Source: a virus
Taxonomy: Duplodnaviria; Caudoviricetes
IMG/VR virus record: IMGVR_UViG_3300031867_000008
Coordinates: 64,001-128,000 of that record
Reading direction: 5' to 3' (one strand)
DNA length: 64,000 nucleotides
Made by a program: the position numbers and the translations under genes. Shown here piece by piece: positions 1 to 8,125 of this stretch. Each line of letters starts with the position of its first letter. Position 1 is the stretch's first letter. Below the pieces are notes generated by a model. That model was given only the letters and a program-made list of their open reading frames with translations. It was not told the DNA's origin and made no database searches.

Positions 1-2
1 AG

Positions 3-326
3 GGGCTTAAAGAAGAAAATAAAGCTTTAAATAAAATCGCAACTTCTGTTGAATTGATCGCACAGGACATGACCCACTTTAAAGAGGATATTGTCGAGAT
101 GAAAACTTCACAGGCAGAAATGAAAACTTCGCAGTCAGAAATGAGAACCGAACTGTCCGAGGTTCGTACAGAGATGAAGAATGACTTGACAGAAGTTAAA
201 AATGAAAGTCTTAGAAACAAGGCTAAGACCTACGATGATATTAAAAGTAAAGTGTGGGGGCTTATTATAACGGGGATAGCTGCTTTTGTGCTTGGAACGA
301 TTGCTCCTACGATTTTTGGAAAATAA
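3..326 (+). CDS. Probable holin (coiled coil plus one C-terminal TM helix), 5'-truncated by window edge
   Basis: Frame is open back to the window start; heptad repeats EMKTSQA/EMKTSQS/EMRTELS; hydrophobic C-terminus; directly upstream of the endolysin. Confidence 0.6.
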   Translation, partial: GLKEENKALNKIATSVELIAQDMTHFKEDIVEMKTSQAEMKTSQSEMRTELSEVRTEMKNDLTEVKNESLRNKAKTYDDIKSKVWGLIITGIAAFVLGTIAPTIFGK

Positions 327-342
327 AGGAATGGTGATTAGA

Positions 343-1776
343 ATGAGTAATAGTAAGCTGATATGTTATACAAAGCTTTCGCCGAATTGCAACAAGCCAC
401 GTAATCACAAGATTGATACAATAACAATTCACCACATGGCAGGAAATTTAACTATTGAACAGTGCGGAAATGTGTTTGCTCCCACAAGCAGACAGGCAAG
501 TTCTAACTATGGCATTGGTTCTGACGGAAGAATTGCTATGTATGTCGAGGAGGCTAATCGCTCGTGGTGTAGTTCTAATGCGGACAATGACAATAGGGCT
601 ATAACTATTGAGGTCGCTAATGACGGTGGCGATCCTGATTGGCACGTTTCCGATAAGGCTATGGCTTCATTGATAAATCTTTGCATTGATATTTGTCAGA
701 GAAATGGTATTAAGAAATTAAATTATACTGGTGATAAGTCGGGAAATTTGACTATGCACAAGTGGTTCGCAGCTACGGGATGCCCGGGAGCTTATCTAAG
801 TAGCAAATTCCCTTATATTGCTGAACAAGTAAATAAGAGATTGAGTGATTCTACGGAATCGAAAGGAGAAAAGAAAATGAGTACGACTAAAGGTATCGAC
901 ATTTCTCGTTATCAGGGAAACCCCGATTTTGCAAAAGTAAAGAAAGATGTTGATTTTGTTATTATGCAGGCAGGCTATGGTAGATATACCAATCAGGTGG
1001 ACAGTTCGTTTGAACGCAACTATGCTGAGTGCAAGAAACATGGAATAAAATGCTCGGTTTACTGGTTTAGTTACGCATCATCAGTTGAGGATGCCAAGAG
1101 AGAAGCCAAGACTTGCCTTGAAGTAATTAAAGGAAAACAGTTTGAATATCCGATTTACTTCGATATTGAAGGTTCTGCTTTGTCAGGAGATGTGTCAGGA
1201 AAATGCAAGGCGTTTTGTGATGTTATTGAAAAGGCAGGATATTTTGCAGGCATTTACATTTCGCGTTCCCCTGCTCAGTCTTATCTTACTAAAGATGTAG
1301 CATCGAGATACGCTCTTTGGCTTGCTGAATACGCTCCGTCTTGTAACTATAAAGGCGATTATGGTATGTGGCAATATAGTTCAAGTGGCAGAGTCAGTGG
1401 TATTAGTGGAGATGTCGACATGAATTATTGCTATGTCGATTATCCTACAATAATCAAAAACGCTGGTCTTAACGGTTTTACAAAGCCTGCGACTACCACA
1501 ACCAATGCAACCATACCTACAACAACTGCCGAACTCAAAACTCTTGATAGCGCAGGAGTAAAAAAAGGAGACAAGGGTTATCAGGCACTTGCTCTCAAAT
1601 CTCTGCTTAAACTTGCGGTCGATCGAAAAATAGTTGAAGGCAAGATGGACGATACAAGTGGTATTGGCAATGGTTGTATCAAGGTAATAAATGCTCTGCT
1701 TAAAAAGTGGGGGTATAAGCAGACTGGTATTGCAGGCACGAACTTTATCAATAAGATATACAAAGAATTAAAGTAA
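343..1776 (+). CDS. Endolysin: Amidase_2 + GH25 muramidase + C-terminal cell-wall-binding region
   Basis: TITIHHMAG...ITIEVAN...HKWFAATGCPG (amidase) and KGIDISRYQG...YFDIE...WQYSS...DVDMN (GH25); ATG 343 preferred as start. Confidence 0.9.
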   Translation: MSNSKLICYTKLSPNCNKPRNHKIDTITIHHMAGNLTIEQCGNVFAPTSRQASSNYGIGSDGRIAMYVEEANRSWCSSNADNDNRAITIEVANDGGDPDWHVSDKAMASLINLCIDICQRNGIKKLNYTGDKSGNLTMHKWFAATGCPGAYLSSKFPYIAEQVNKRLSDSTESKGEKKMSTTKGIDISRYQGNPDFAKVKKDVDFVIMQAGYGRYTNQVDSSFERNYAECKKHGIKCSVYWFSYASSVEDAKREAKTCLEVIKGKQFEYPIYFDIEGSALSGDVSGKCKAFCDVIEKAGYFAGIYISRSPAQSYLTKDVASRYALWLAEYAPSCNYKGDYGMWQYSSSGRVSGISGDVDMNYCYVDYPTIIKNAGLNGFTKPATTTTNATIPTTTAELKTLDSAGVKKGDKGYQALALKSLLKLAVDRKIVEGKMDDTSGIGNGCIKVINALLKKWGYKQTGIAGTNFINKIYKELK

Positions 1777-1792
1777 CAAATCAAAAGCTATG

Positions 1793-1822
1793 GTTCTCAT
1801 AGGAAACTGTGAGAGCCTTTTG
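1793..1822 (+). terminator. Intrinsic terminator after endolysin
   Basis: ttctcatag-gaaa-ctgtgagag hairpin followed by ctttt. Confidence 0.55.
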
Positions 1823-1824
1823 TT

Positions 1825-2034
1825 ATGAAAGGTGGTATGAATAATATGGTACAGCTTAACTCTACTGGTGATGACAAGAACCAGAAAGAATACTTTTTCA
1901 CAGGACTGTCTACTGACACAAAGCCAATTGAATGGAAGGGTATAACACTTGCACAGATGTCTATATTTCTGGAACTTGATACAAAAAAGGTGTTCTTATT
2001 CGATATAGAGAATAAGATTTGGAGAGAATTTTAA
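1825..2034 (+). CDS. Small hypothetical phage protein (tail-associated)
   Basis: ORF with GLSTDTKP motif between lysin and tail fibre genes. Confidence 0.6.
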   Translation: MKGGMNNMVQLNSTGDDKNQKEYFFTGLSTDTKPIEWKGITLAQMSIFLELDTKKVFLFDIENKIWREF

Positions 2035-2068
2035 GACAAATGTATGAACAAAGAGAGGTGAAACATAA

Positions 2069-4120
2069 ATGGCAACGGATAATTTTGCGAGAATACTTGC
2101 ATTAAAGGCTAAAAGTGCGGCAGAAACAACATCTTATTCTGACCTCATTAATAAGCCGAGCATTAACGATGTTGTACTTGACGGAAATTTATCGCTGGAA
2201 GATTTGGGATTGAATGCGATATGGGTAGGTACATCGGCTGAATACGCAGAGATAGCTTCAAGTCTTGAAGATGGCACGTTGGTAGTAATTACTGATGACC
2301 AAGACGTGGATAATGTTCCAACTCAGAATAGTACAAACCTCGTAACAAGCGGTGGAGTTTATGCTTTTGTTGTTGGTGGTTATCAGACTAAGATTGATTC
2401 GCAGAATAAATTAGATGCAGATTTGGTTGACGATACCAACGCTACTCATAAGTTTGCCACATCTGAACAGTTAAGCCAGATAGCAACCAATGTAGCTAAT
2501 ATTGCTAATAAGGTTGATAAGGTTAATGGCAAAGGGTTGAGTACAGAAGATTATACAACTGTGGAAAAGACTAAATTGGCAGGCATTGAAACCGAAGCAA
2601 ATAAAACAGTTGTGGACTCTGCTCTTAGCGATAGTTCAACTAATCCTGTACAGAATAAAGTTGTTACAGAGAATCTTAATGATAAGTACCCAAAAGCGTG
2701 GGACGTTGAGTTGACACAGGCTGAATACGATGCACTCCCCGCAAGCAAGTACGTTGATGGTAAGAATTATTACATTACAGACGGTGATCCCGATAAACCT
2801 ATCATATATGGTTTTCACATTGACCCCGATGAAAGCGACCCATCTGATGCTGTGACTTACCTCATGGATGCAGTAGGTATGGAGCCTGCTAAAATGGGAA
2901 CAACAGCTTTTAACTACGGCTCATGGAAGAATGCTTTCTTCATGCCGAAACCTTGTATGTTGAAGTATGACGGTACGGTTGACTACTATCTTGACCCGAA
3001 TGACTTCACAAAGAAAGCTGATGGAACAGCTTCGGATGTTGGGAATATTAACTATGCGGGTAATGCAATGATGGAGTTCCCGAAAATCTGGTTCAAATTT
3101 GAAGCGGGGACGGCAGATGGAGAGGGCTATTTCTATGTCAGCAATCAGAAAGTCGATGATACTTATAGGTGCTGGTGTAACATGGATGCGGACGGTAATG
3201 AGATAGATCATTTCTATGTTCATATCTATAATGGTGTAATTTATGACGGCAAGATGCGTTCGCTTTCAGGCAAGGGATTGACCCCGTGGAGTACAACAGC
3301 ATACTCGTCAAGCGCAACGTATGCTGTCAACAGTATTGTTAATTATGACGACAAAATGTGGAGGTGTATCACAGCGGTTGAGACAGCGGAAGCGTTTGAT
3401 TCGACCAAGTGGGAACAGTTCGCATTTAACGGAAATACAGATGGAACGCAAGAAGTAAATAGTGCAACTGCGAATAATACTACTGCGAAATCCGAGTGGT
3501 ATATAGATACATGGTGCGATCGAGTGCTGATAACTGCATTGCTGTATCTCATGGGTAAATCCCTCGATCTGCAAGGTACGTTCGGTAGAGGTATCGACAG
3601 CGGTTCTCAGTCAGCGGCAGAAGCATATGCAACTGGTACGGCTAATGATAAGGGACTATTCTATGGTTCAACCTCAAATGGTAGCACAGTTGTAAAGGTG
3701 TTTGGTATTGAAAACTTCTGGGCTTGCAAGTGGCATAGAACGGCTGGACTTGTTGGTAATTCCTCTGGTGGCTATTCTTATAAGATGACCGCTTCGACCG
3801 CTGACGGTTCAAGTGTAAGTGGGTACAACTCTAATGGCAACGGTTATCTGACTACAACATTTAATAGACCTGCAAACAACTATGTAAGATTAATGGAATT
3901 TGGAGCGCATGGAGCTTTACCGTTGAATACAACCAGCGCAACTTCGGTGACATATTACTGCAATTACTTCTACACTGGCACCGGATATGCTTTGGTCGGC
4001 GGTGCCTCCTACATTGGGGCGCTTTGTGGCTTCTATGTCGATCTGGCCTCTGCGTTTGGGGCTCGCTACTGGTTCTTCGCCGCCGCGCTGTCTTGTAAGC
4101 CGCTTGCACAGAAGGGGTGA
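2069..4120 (+). CDS. Tail fibre/receptor-binding protein, DGR target with C-terminal CLec-type domain and a CBM5/12-like insert
   Basis: VFGIENFWA motif; C-terminal VR matches TR; PWSTTAYSSSATYAVNSIVNYDDKMWRC resembles a carbohydrate-binding module. Confidence 0.85.
   Translation: MATDNFARILALKAKSAAETTSYSDLINKPSINDVVLDGNLSLEDLGLNAIWVGTSAEYAEIASSLEDGTLVVITDDQDVDNVPTQNSTNLVTSGGVYAFVVGGYQTKIDSQNKLDADLVDDTNATHKFATSEQLSQIATNVANIANKVDKVNGKGLSTEDYTTVEKTKLAGIETEANKTVVDSALSDSSTNPVQNKVVTENLNDKYPKAWDVELTQAEYDALPASKYVDGKNYYITDGDPDKPIIYGFHIDPDESDPSDAVTYLMDAVGMEPAKMGTTAFNYGSWKNAFFMPKPCMLKYDGTVDYYLDPNDFTKKADGTASDVGNINYAGNAMMEFPKIWFKFEAGTADGEGYFYVSNQKVDDTYRCWCNMDADGNEIDHFYVHIYNGVIYDGKMRSLSGKGLTPWSTTAYSSSATYAVNSIVNYDDKMWRCITAVETAEAFDSTKWEQFAFNGNTDGTQEVNSATANNTTAKSEWYIDTWCDRVLITALLYLMGKSLDLQGTFGRGIDSGSQSAAEAYATGTANDKGLFYGSTSNGSTVVKVFGIENFWACKWHRTAGLVGNSSGGYSYKMTASTADGSSVSGYNSNGNGYLTTTFNRPANNYVRLMEFGAHGALPLNTTSATSVTYYCNYFYTGTGYALVGGASYIGALCGFYVDLASAFGARYWFFAAALSCKPLAQKG
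3988..4095 (+). repeat. DGR variable repeat (VR)
   Basis: 108-bp ungapped match to 4323-4430 with 15 mismatches, 14 of them at TR adenines. Confidence 0.97.
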
Positions 4121-4155
4121 ATGGCTGCGAATGAGCGTAGCGAATGAACAGACAG

Positions 4156-4179
4156 AGGGGAAACACTCGTGTTGCCCCT
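4156..4179 (+). promoter_or_regulatory. Hairpin/cruciform downstream of VR (DGR target-recognition element)
   Basis: aggggaaacac-tc-gtgttgcccct near-perfect inverted repeat 60 bp after the VR. Confidence 0.6.
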
Positions 4180-4322
4180 AATTTACTAATCAATACAGAT
4201 AAAGACGGTTTATGTAGAACGATACATTCTATGTAAACATTTAGATATATGAAAATTGTTTAACTTGTGTAATACGTTTTAAGTGCAATTTATAGAATTG
4301 CAGGGATTTGTGGTGTGACTCT

Positions 4323-4430
4323 TGCTTTGGTCGGCGGTAACTCCAACAATGGGGCGAATTGTGGCTTCTATGTCAATCTGAACAATGCGTTTGGGTATCG
4401 CTACTGGATCATCGCCGCCGCGCTGTCTTG
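4323..4430 (+). ncRNA. DGR template repeat (TR)
   Basis: AAC/AAT-rich copy of the VR located upstream of the RT. Confidence 0.97.
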
Positions 4431-4654
4431 AAAAAATCAAATCGAATGTATCACAATGCACCACATTTTCCTTTCCCCTTGGAAAAAATAATGTTCGCAG
4501 CAAGCAACTGTTAGTAAGCTATCCTAGCTCAAAGTGGTTGAGAATTTCAAGACAATTTTTATATACCAAATTTAAAGCAGTGTAGCCAGAAATCCTATTG
4601 GTTTTAGACGGTGGGTAGTTCACCTAACATAAATAAGAGAAGGAGTCAGTTGAA

Positions 4655-5764
4655 ATCAAATCATATAACGGACTTTATGACAAGATGTTGTCAGATGAAA
4701 ATATAAAATGTGCTATTCTAAATGCGGCAAGAAACAAAACCAAAAACAATAAGCGTCACAGACGGTTGAGATATATACGAGACCACTGTGATGATATGAT
4801 CGATGAAGTACGAGAATATATAATTGATTTTAAAGTACCTAAACACAAAGTTTTTGAGATCAATGATGGTATTTCAGCGAAGAAAAGAAAAATTATAGTA
4901 CCAACTGTTGAAGAGATTCTTGTGCATCACGCGGCTGTAAATGTATTAAAACCAATTGTAAGTAAAAGTTTTTATGAGTATTCTTATGCGTCTATACCAA
5001 AACGCGGTACTCATGCGGCTATCAAGAAAATAGAACGGTGGATAAGAAACGATCATTCAAACACAAAGTATTGTCTTAAACTTGATATTAAAAAATTCTT
5101 TGAGAGTGTTGACCAAGATGTTTTAATTGCGAAGTTGGACAAGATTATCAGAGACAAGCGGTACATGGAAATTTTGACCAAGATAATCAGAACTGCTGAC
5201 AGTGGTATTCCTCTTGGATTTACCACTTCTCAGTGGTTCGCTAATTTTCTCTTGACTGAATTAGATCATAAGATTAAAGAAGAATTTGGTGCAAAGTATT
5301 ATGTAAGATTTATGGACGACATGGTTATCTTTGGCAGTAACAAAAGAAAACTGCACAAGATAAAAGAACAGATCGAACAGTATTTAAATAAGGAATTGCA
5401 TTTACAACTAAAAGATAATTGGCAAATATTTTTTATGGATAGCATTCGCAGTCGAAGGAAGAAAGGTAAGTTTCTTGATTTTCTTGGTTTTAAGTTTTAT
5501 AGAACGCACACAGGTATACGGAGAAAAGTGGCTTTAAAGACTCAACGAAAAGCTAAGAGAATCTATAAGAAAAAACAAAATGGTAAAAAAGTAAACGTGC
5601 ATGATGCAAGACAAATGGTAACGTATGCAGGATTGTGTAAGTATGCTGATTGTCATAACTGGTTTTATAATCATGTTTTAAAATATGTAAGTGTCAAAAA
5701 GTTGAGAAAACAGATTTCAAAATATGACAAGTTGCAAGCTAACAATAGAAAGCAGAGGTGTTAA
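4655..5764 (+). CDS. DGR reverse transcriptase
   Basis: LKLDIKKFF, GIPLGFTTSQWFAN (DGR-type GxxxSQ), YVRFMDD, DFLGF; frame extends upstream of ATG 4685 as (I)KSYNGLYDK behind an AAGGAG RBS. Confidence 0.95.
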   Translation: MKSYNGLYDKMLSDENIKCAILNAARNKTKNNKRHRRLRYIRDHCDDMIDEVREYIIDFKVPKHKVFEINDGISAKKRKIIVPTVEEILVHHAAVNVLKPIVSKSFYEYSYASIPKRGTHAAIKKIERWIRNDHSNTKYCLKLDIKKFFESVDQDVLIAKLDKIIRDKRYMEILTKIIRTADSGIPLGFTTSQWFANFLLTELDHKIKEEFGAKYYVRFMDDMVIFGSNKRKLHKIKEQIEQYLNKELHLQLKDNWQIFFMDSIRSRRKKGKFLDFLGFKFYRTHTGIRRKVALKTQRKAKRIYKKKQNGKKVNVHDARQMVTYAGLCKYADCHNWFYNHVLKYVSVKKLRKQISKYDKLQANNRKQRC

Positions 5765-5767
5765 ATA

Positions 5768-6052
5768 ATGAATTGGTATTATTCAGAAGGAAGAGATAGA
5801 CCCAAAACGATAGATAGTATATCTTCTAAAAAGTGGGTGTATCTCAGAAGAAACATTGTGGAATGTGAGCGAGAAGATGAGACAAATCCTCAAATAAAAG
5901 AGAAGTTTTATAAATGGGAAGAAATGAAAATCCCTAAAGAAAACTATCCGATCTATGAATTGGAAGCCCAAAACGCGGCTAACCTTGACTATCTCGCTAT
6001 GATGAATGACATTGATCTGGATAGTGGCGAGGATGAGGACGAAGGGGAGTGA
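5768..6052 (+). CDS. Hypothetical protein upstream of XkdX (tail-fibre-assembly-like)
   Basis: Ends in ANLDYLAMMNDIDL; does not resemble Avd. Confidence 0.6.
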   Translation: MNWYYSEGRDRPKTIDSISSKKWVYLRRNIVECEREDETNPQIKEKFYKWEEMKIPKENYPIYELEAQNAANLDYLAMMNDIDLDSGEDEDEGE

Positions 6053-6056
6053 TGAT

Positions 6057-6212
6057 ATGCAACACAGTAAAAAGTTTAAAAAAGTAAAGGGATATTATGA
6101 CTCTGGACTTTGGAATAAAAGTAAAGTTCATGATGCGGTAGTTCACGGTTGGATTACCGCAGAGGAATATGAGGAAATCACTGGAGAGCCTTATGAGGAG
6201 GTGGATGAATAA
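6057..6212 (+). CDS. xkdX: XkdX-family small phage protein
   Basis: KVKGYYDSGLW...GWITAEEYEEITG. Confidence 0.85.
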   Translation: MQHSKKFKKVKGYYDSGLWNKSKVHDAVVHGWITAEEYEEITGEPYEEVDE

Positions 6213-6445
6213 TGGGAATAATTGTTAGAAATGGCGTTGCTTATGGTGGCGGTGGTGGATATACAAAAAAGGAAATCAATGACCGATTGAAACCTATTGA
6301 AATCGCCACAAACGGAATTAGTAAATCAAACGCTAATTATATTGAGTTAAAGAACGGATTAAGATTATATATTTCTTCCACAGAACCAACAGATACCGAT
6401 ATTCCCGATGGGTCAATAGGAGTGGGGTGGAGTAATGGGGTTTAA
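6212..6445 (+). CDS. Small tail-associated protein
   Basis: Coupled ORF; ISSTEPTDTDIPDGSIGVG motif. Confidence 0.55.
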   Translation: MGIIVRNGVAYGGGGGYTKKEINDRLKPIEIATNGISKSNANYIELKNGLRLYISSTEPTDTDIPDGSIGVGWSNGV

Positions 6446-7319
6446 AATTAAGAAAACTGTCAATGGCGAAACAGTATGGGAACCAATAAAAGCAAAGAAG
6501 TATACTGCATCAAAAATTACTGAATACACGGGAGCGTTACCAATAACGATAACCACCGATGGGAACTCACTGCTTGATTATCGGATATACGGAAACACCG
6601 TCCAGACAGGCACGCCAACGCCTGAGAATCCTATTATGCCGATTGGGTGCGGCGAACTCGAAACCACAGGTGCTCACGCAGGGCAGTACAAACTCCCAAT
6701 ACTCAGCAATTCCACCGTAACTAACATCTATCTCGGAGAAGTGGAGACGACGAGAAGGATTAAGAGGTTGGTGCTGACGGGGGAGGAAGATTGGAAAAGA
6801 GCACAGAATCAAAGATGCTACTACATCAATGCATCTACTGGTTGTCCCACTGATTATCTTAAACAAAGAATCACAACATCAATATGTTCACATTATCAGT
6901 CGCAAAATAATACGGCATCGGGTTCAAACGAAGTTGAAGTTGGACATTTTTGTTTCTATACTGGTGGTGGTTTTGAGCTATACATCAGTGAAACAACTAT
7001 ATCATCAGCAGCAGATTTCAAATCCTACTTACAACAGCAGTACGCCGCAGGAACACCCGTCACAGTTTGGTATGTCCTCGCAAAACCCGAAACAGGCATA
7101 GTAAACGAGCCGCTGATGAAGATTGGTGACTACGCTGATACGGTCAGCATGGAGCAGGCAAGCGTGAACATACCGACAAATAATGGCAGTACGGTTATCG
7201 ACTATGACGGGACACCAAAGCCGTCGCAAATGTATACAGAATACAATAGTTGGAGCGGGTGGAGCGATATAGATGATTACAAAATGGTTAATGAAGATTG
7301 GACACAGGAGATGACATAA
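6435..7319 (+). CDS. Tail protein (beta-rich)
   Basis: GNTVQTGTPTPENP and GTPVTVWYVLAKP motifs typical of Firmicute phage tail proteins. Confidence 0.7.
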   Translation: MGFKIKKTVNGETVWEPIKAKKYTASKITEYTGALPITITTDGNSLLDYRIYGNTVQTGTPTPENPIMPIGCGELETTGAHAGQYKLPILSNSTVTNIYLGEVETTRRIKRLVLTGEEDWKRAQNQRCYYINASTGCPTDYLKQRITTSICSHYQSQNNTASGSNEVEVGHFCFYTGGGFELYISETTISSAADFKSYLQQQYAAGTPVTVWYVLAKPETGIVNEPLMKIGDYADTVSMEQASVNIPTNNGSTVIDYDGTPKPSQMYTEYNSWSGWSDIDDYKMVNEDWTQEMT

Positions 7320-7343
7320 AACCAACTTTTTATCGGTACTACA

Positions 7344-7391
7344 TACCTATATATTGTACATTTCCAACGCAAAGAACACAATATATAGTGT
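7344..7391. promoter_or_regulatory. Tandem NrdR-box-like pair
   Basis: tacCtATATATtGtac (7344) and acaCaATATATaGtgt (7376), 32 bp apart. Confidence 0.65.
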
Positions 7392-7410
7392 TCAACAAAT
7401 TGTATTTTAT

Positions 7411-7446
7411 TCTCCGTGGAGATCAACTCTCTGCGGAGGATTTTTA
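7411..7446 (+). terminator. Intrinsic terminator
   Basis: ctccgtggaga-tcaac-tctctgcggag followed by T-run. Confidence 0.55.
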
Positions 7447-7471
7447 TTTATAAGGAAAGTGAGATGATAAA

Positions 7472-8107
7472 ATGAGCGTAAAGTATTACAAAGACGGAGA
7501 GTTGATTGATATTTCTAATATCGCTATAAAAGGCAGTGGTAGTACACTTCCTGAGTACATTCAAAACGGCTTGTTCTACTACACCGACAAGGACATCGGC
7601 AAGTTCGGCAGTCAGGTGTTAATCGGCGAAGGACTTGATTTTTCAAACGGTTATACGTTTGAGGTATGTGCAAAAATCACATCAACCAACAACGAGTATA
7701 TGCGTTTTCTTGAATTTGCGCCATATGGTTATGACATAAGTTCTGCAACTGTCATAGCATCAATGAATTACGGAAAAATTGATATGGCAATTAACGGCGA
7801 ATGGTATCATAATCATAGTTCCTATTCGTGGCCTGTGGGACGTTTGATTACTATATCAGTAGTAGTTGACATTCCAAATGCAATAGCCTACGTATATGTT
7901 AATGGCGAATTGGCTGATACCTTTACTAATATACCCAATGATACCAGCGGGATGACAGACAGAGGCGGTTATATCTATTTAGGCTGCGGTTCGGTGAGTG
8001 ATCGAGTGCTTGAAGGCAATGTTTACAGCGGACGTTACTATAACAGGATTCTTTCTGCTACCGAAATGACAGTGAATCGTGCAGTCGATGCTCAAAGGTT
8101 TACATAA
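7472..8107 (+). CDS. LamG/concanavalin-A-like domain protein
   Basis: YTFEV...YVYVNGEL...YLG...RYYNRILSATEM. Confidence 0.75.
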   Translation: MSVKYYKDGELIDISNIAIKGSGSTLPEYIQNGLFYYTDKDIGKFGSQVLIGEGLDFSNGYTFEVCAKITSTNNEYMRFLEFAPYGYDISSATVIASMNYGKIDMAINGEWYHNHSSYSWPVGRLITISVVVDIPNAIAYVYVNGELADTFTNIPNDTSGMTDRGGYIYLGCGSVSDRVLEGNVYSGRYYNRILSATEMTVNRAVDAQRFT

Positions 8108-8125
8108 ATGAGGGGGCGAAAATAA

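Noticed and set aside
4655-5764. RT as a group II intron, retron or Abi RT
   Set aside because: The TR/VR pair with adenine-specific differences and the GxxxSQ motif identify a DGR; no maturase or endonuclease domain
5768-6052. ORF after the RT as Avd
   Set aside because: It is acidic, lacks the Avd four-helix pattern and resembles the usual XkdX neighbour
6435-8107. Second DGR target among downstream tail genes
   Set aside because: No further TR-like sequence was seen by eye in this window; remote targets outside it cannot be excluded
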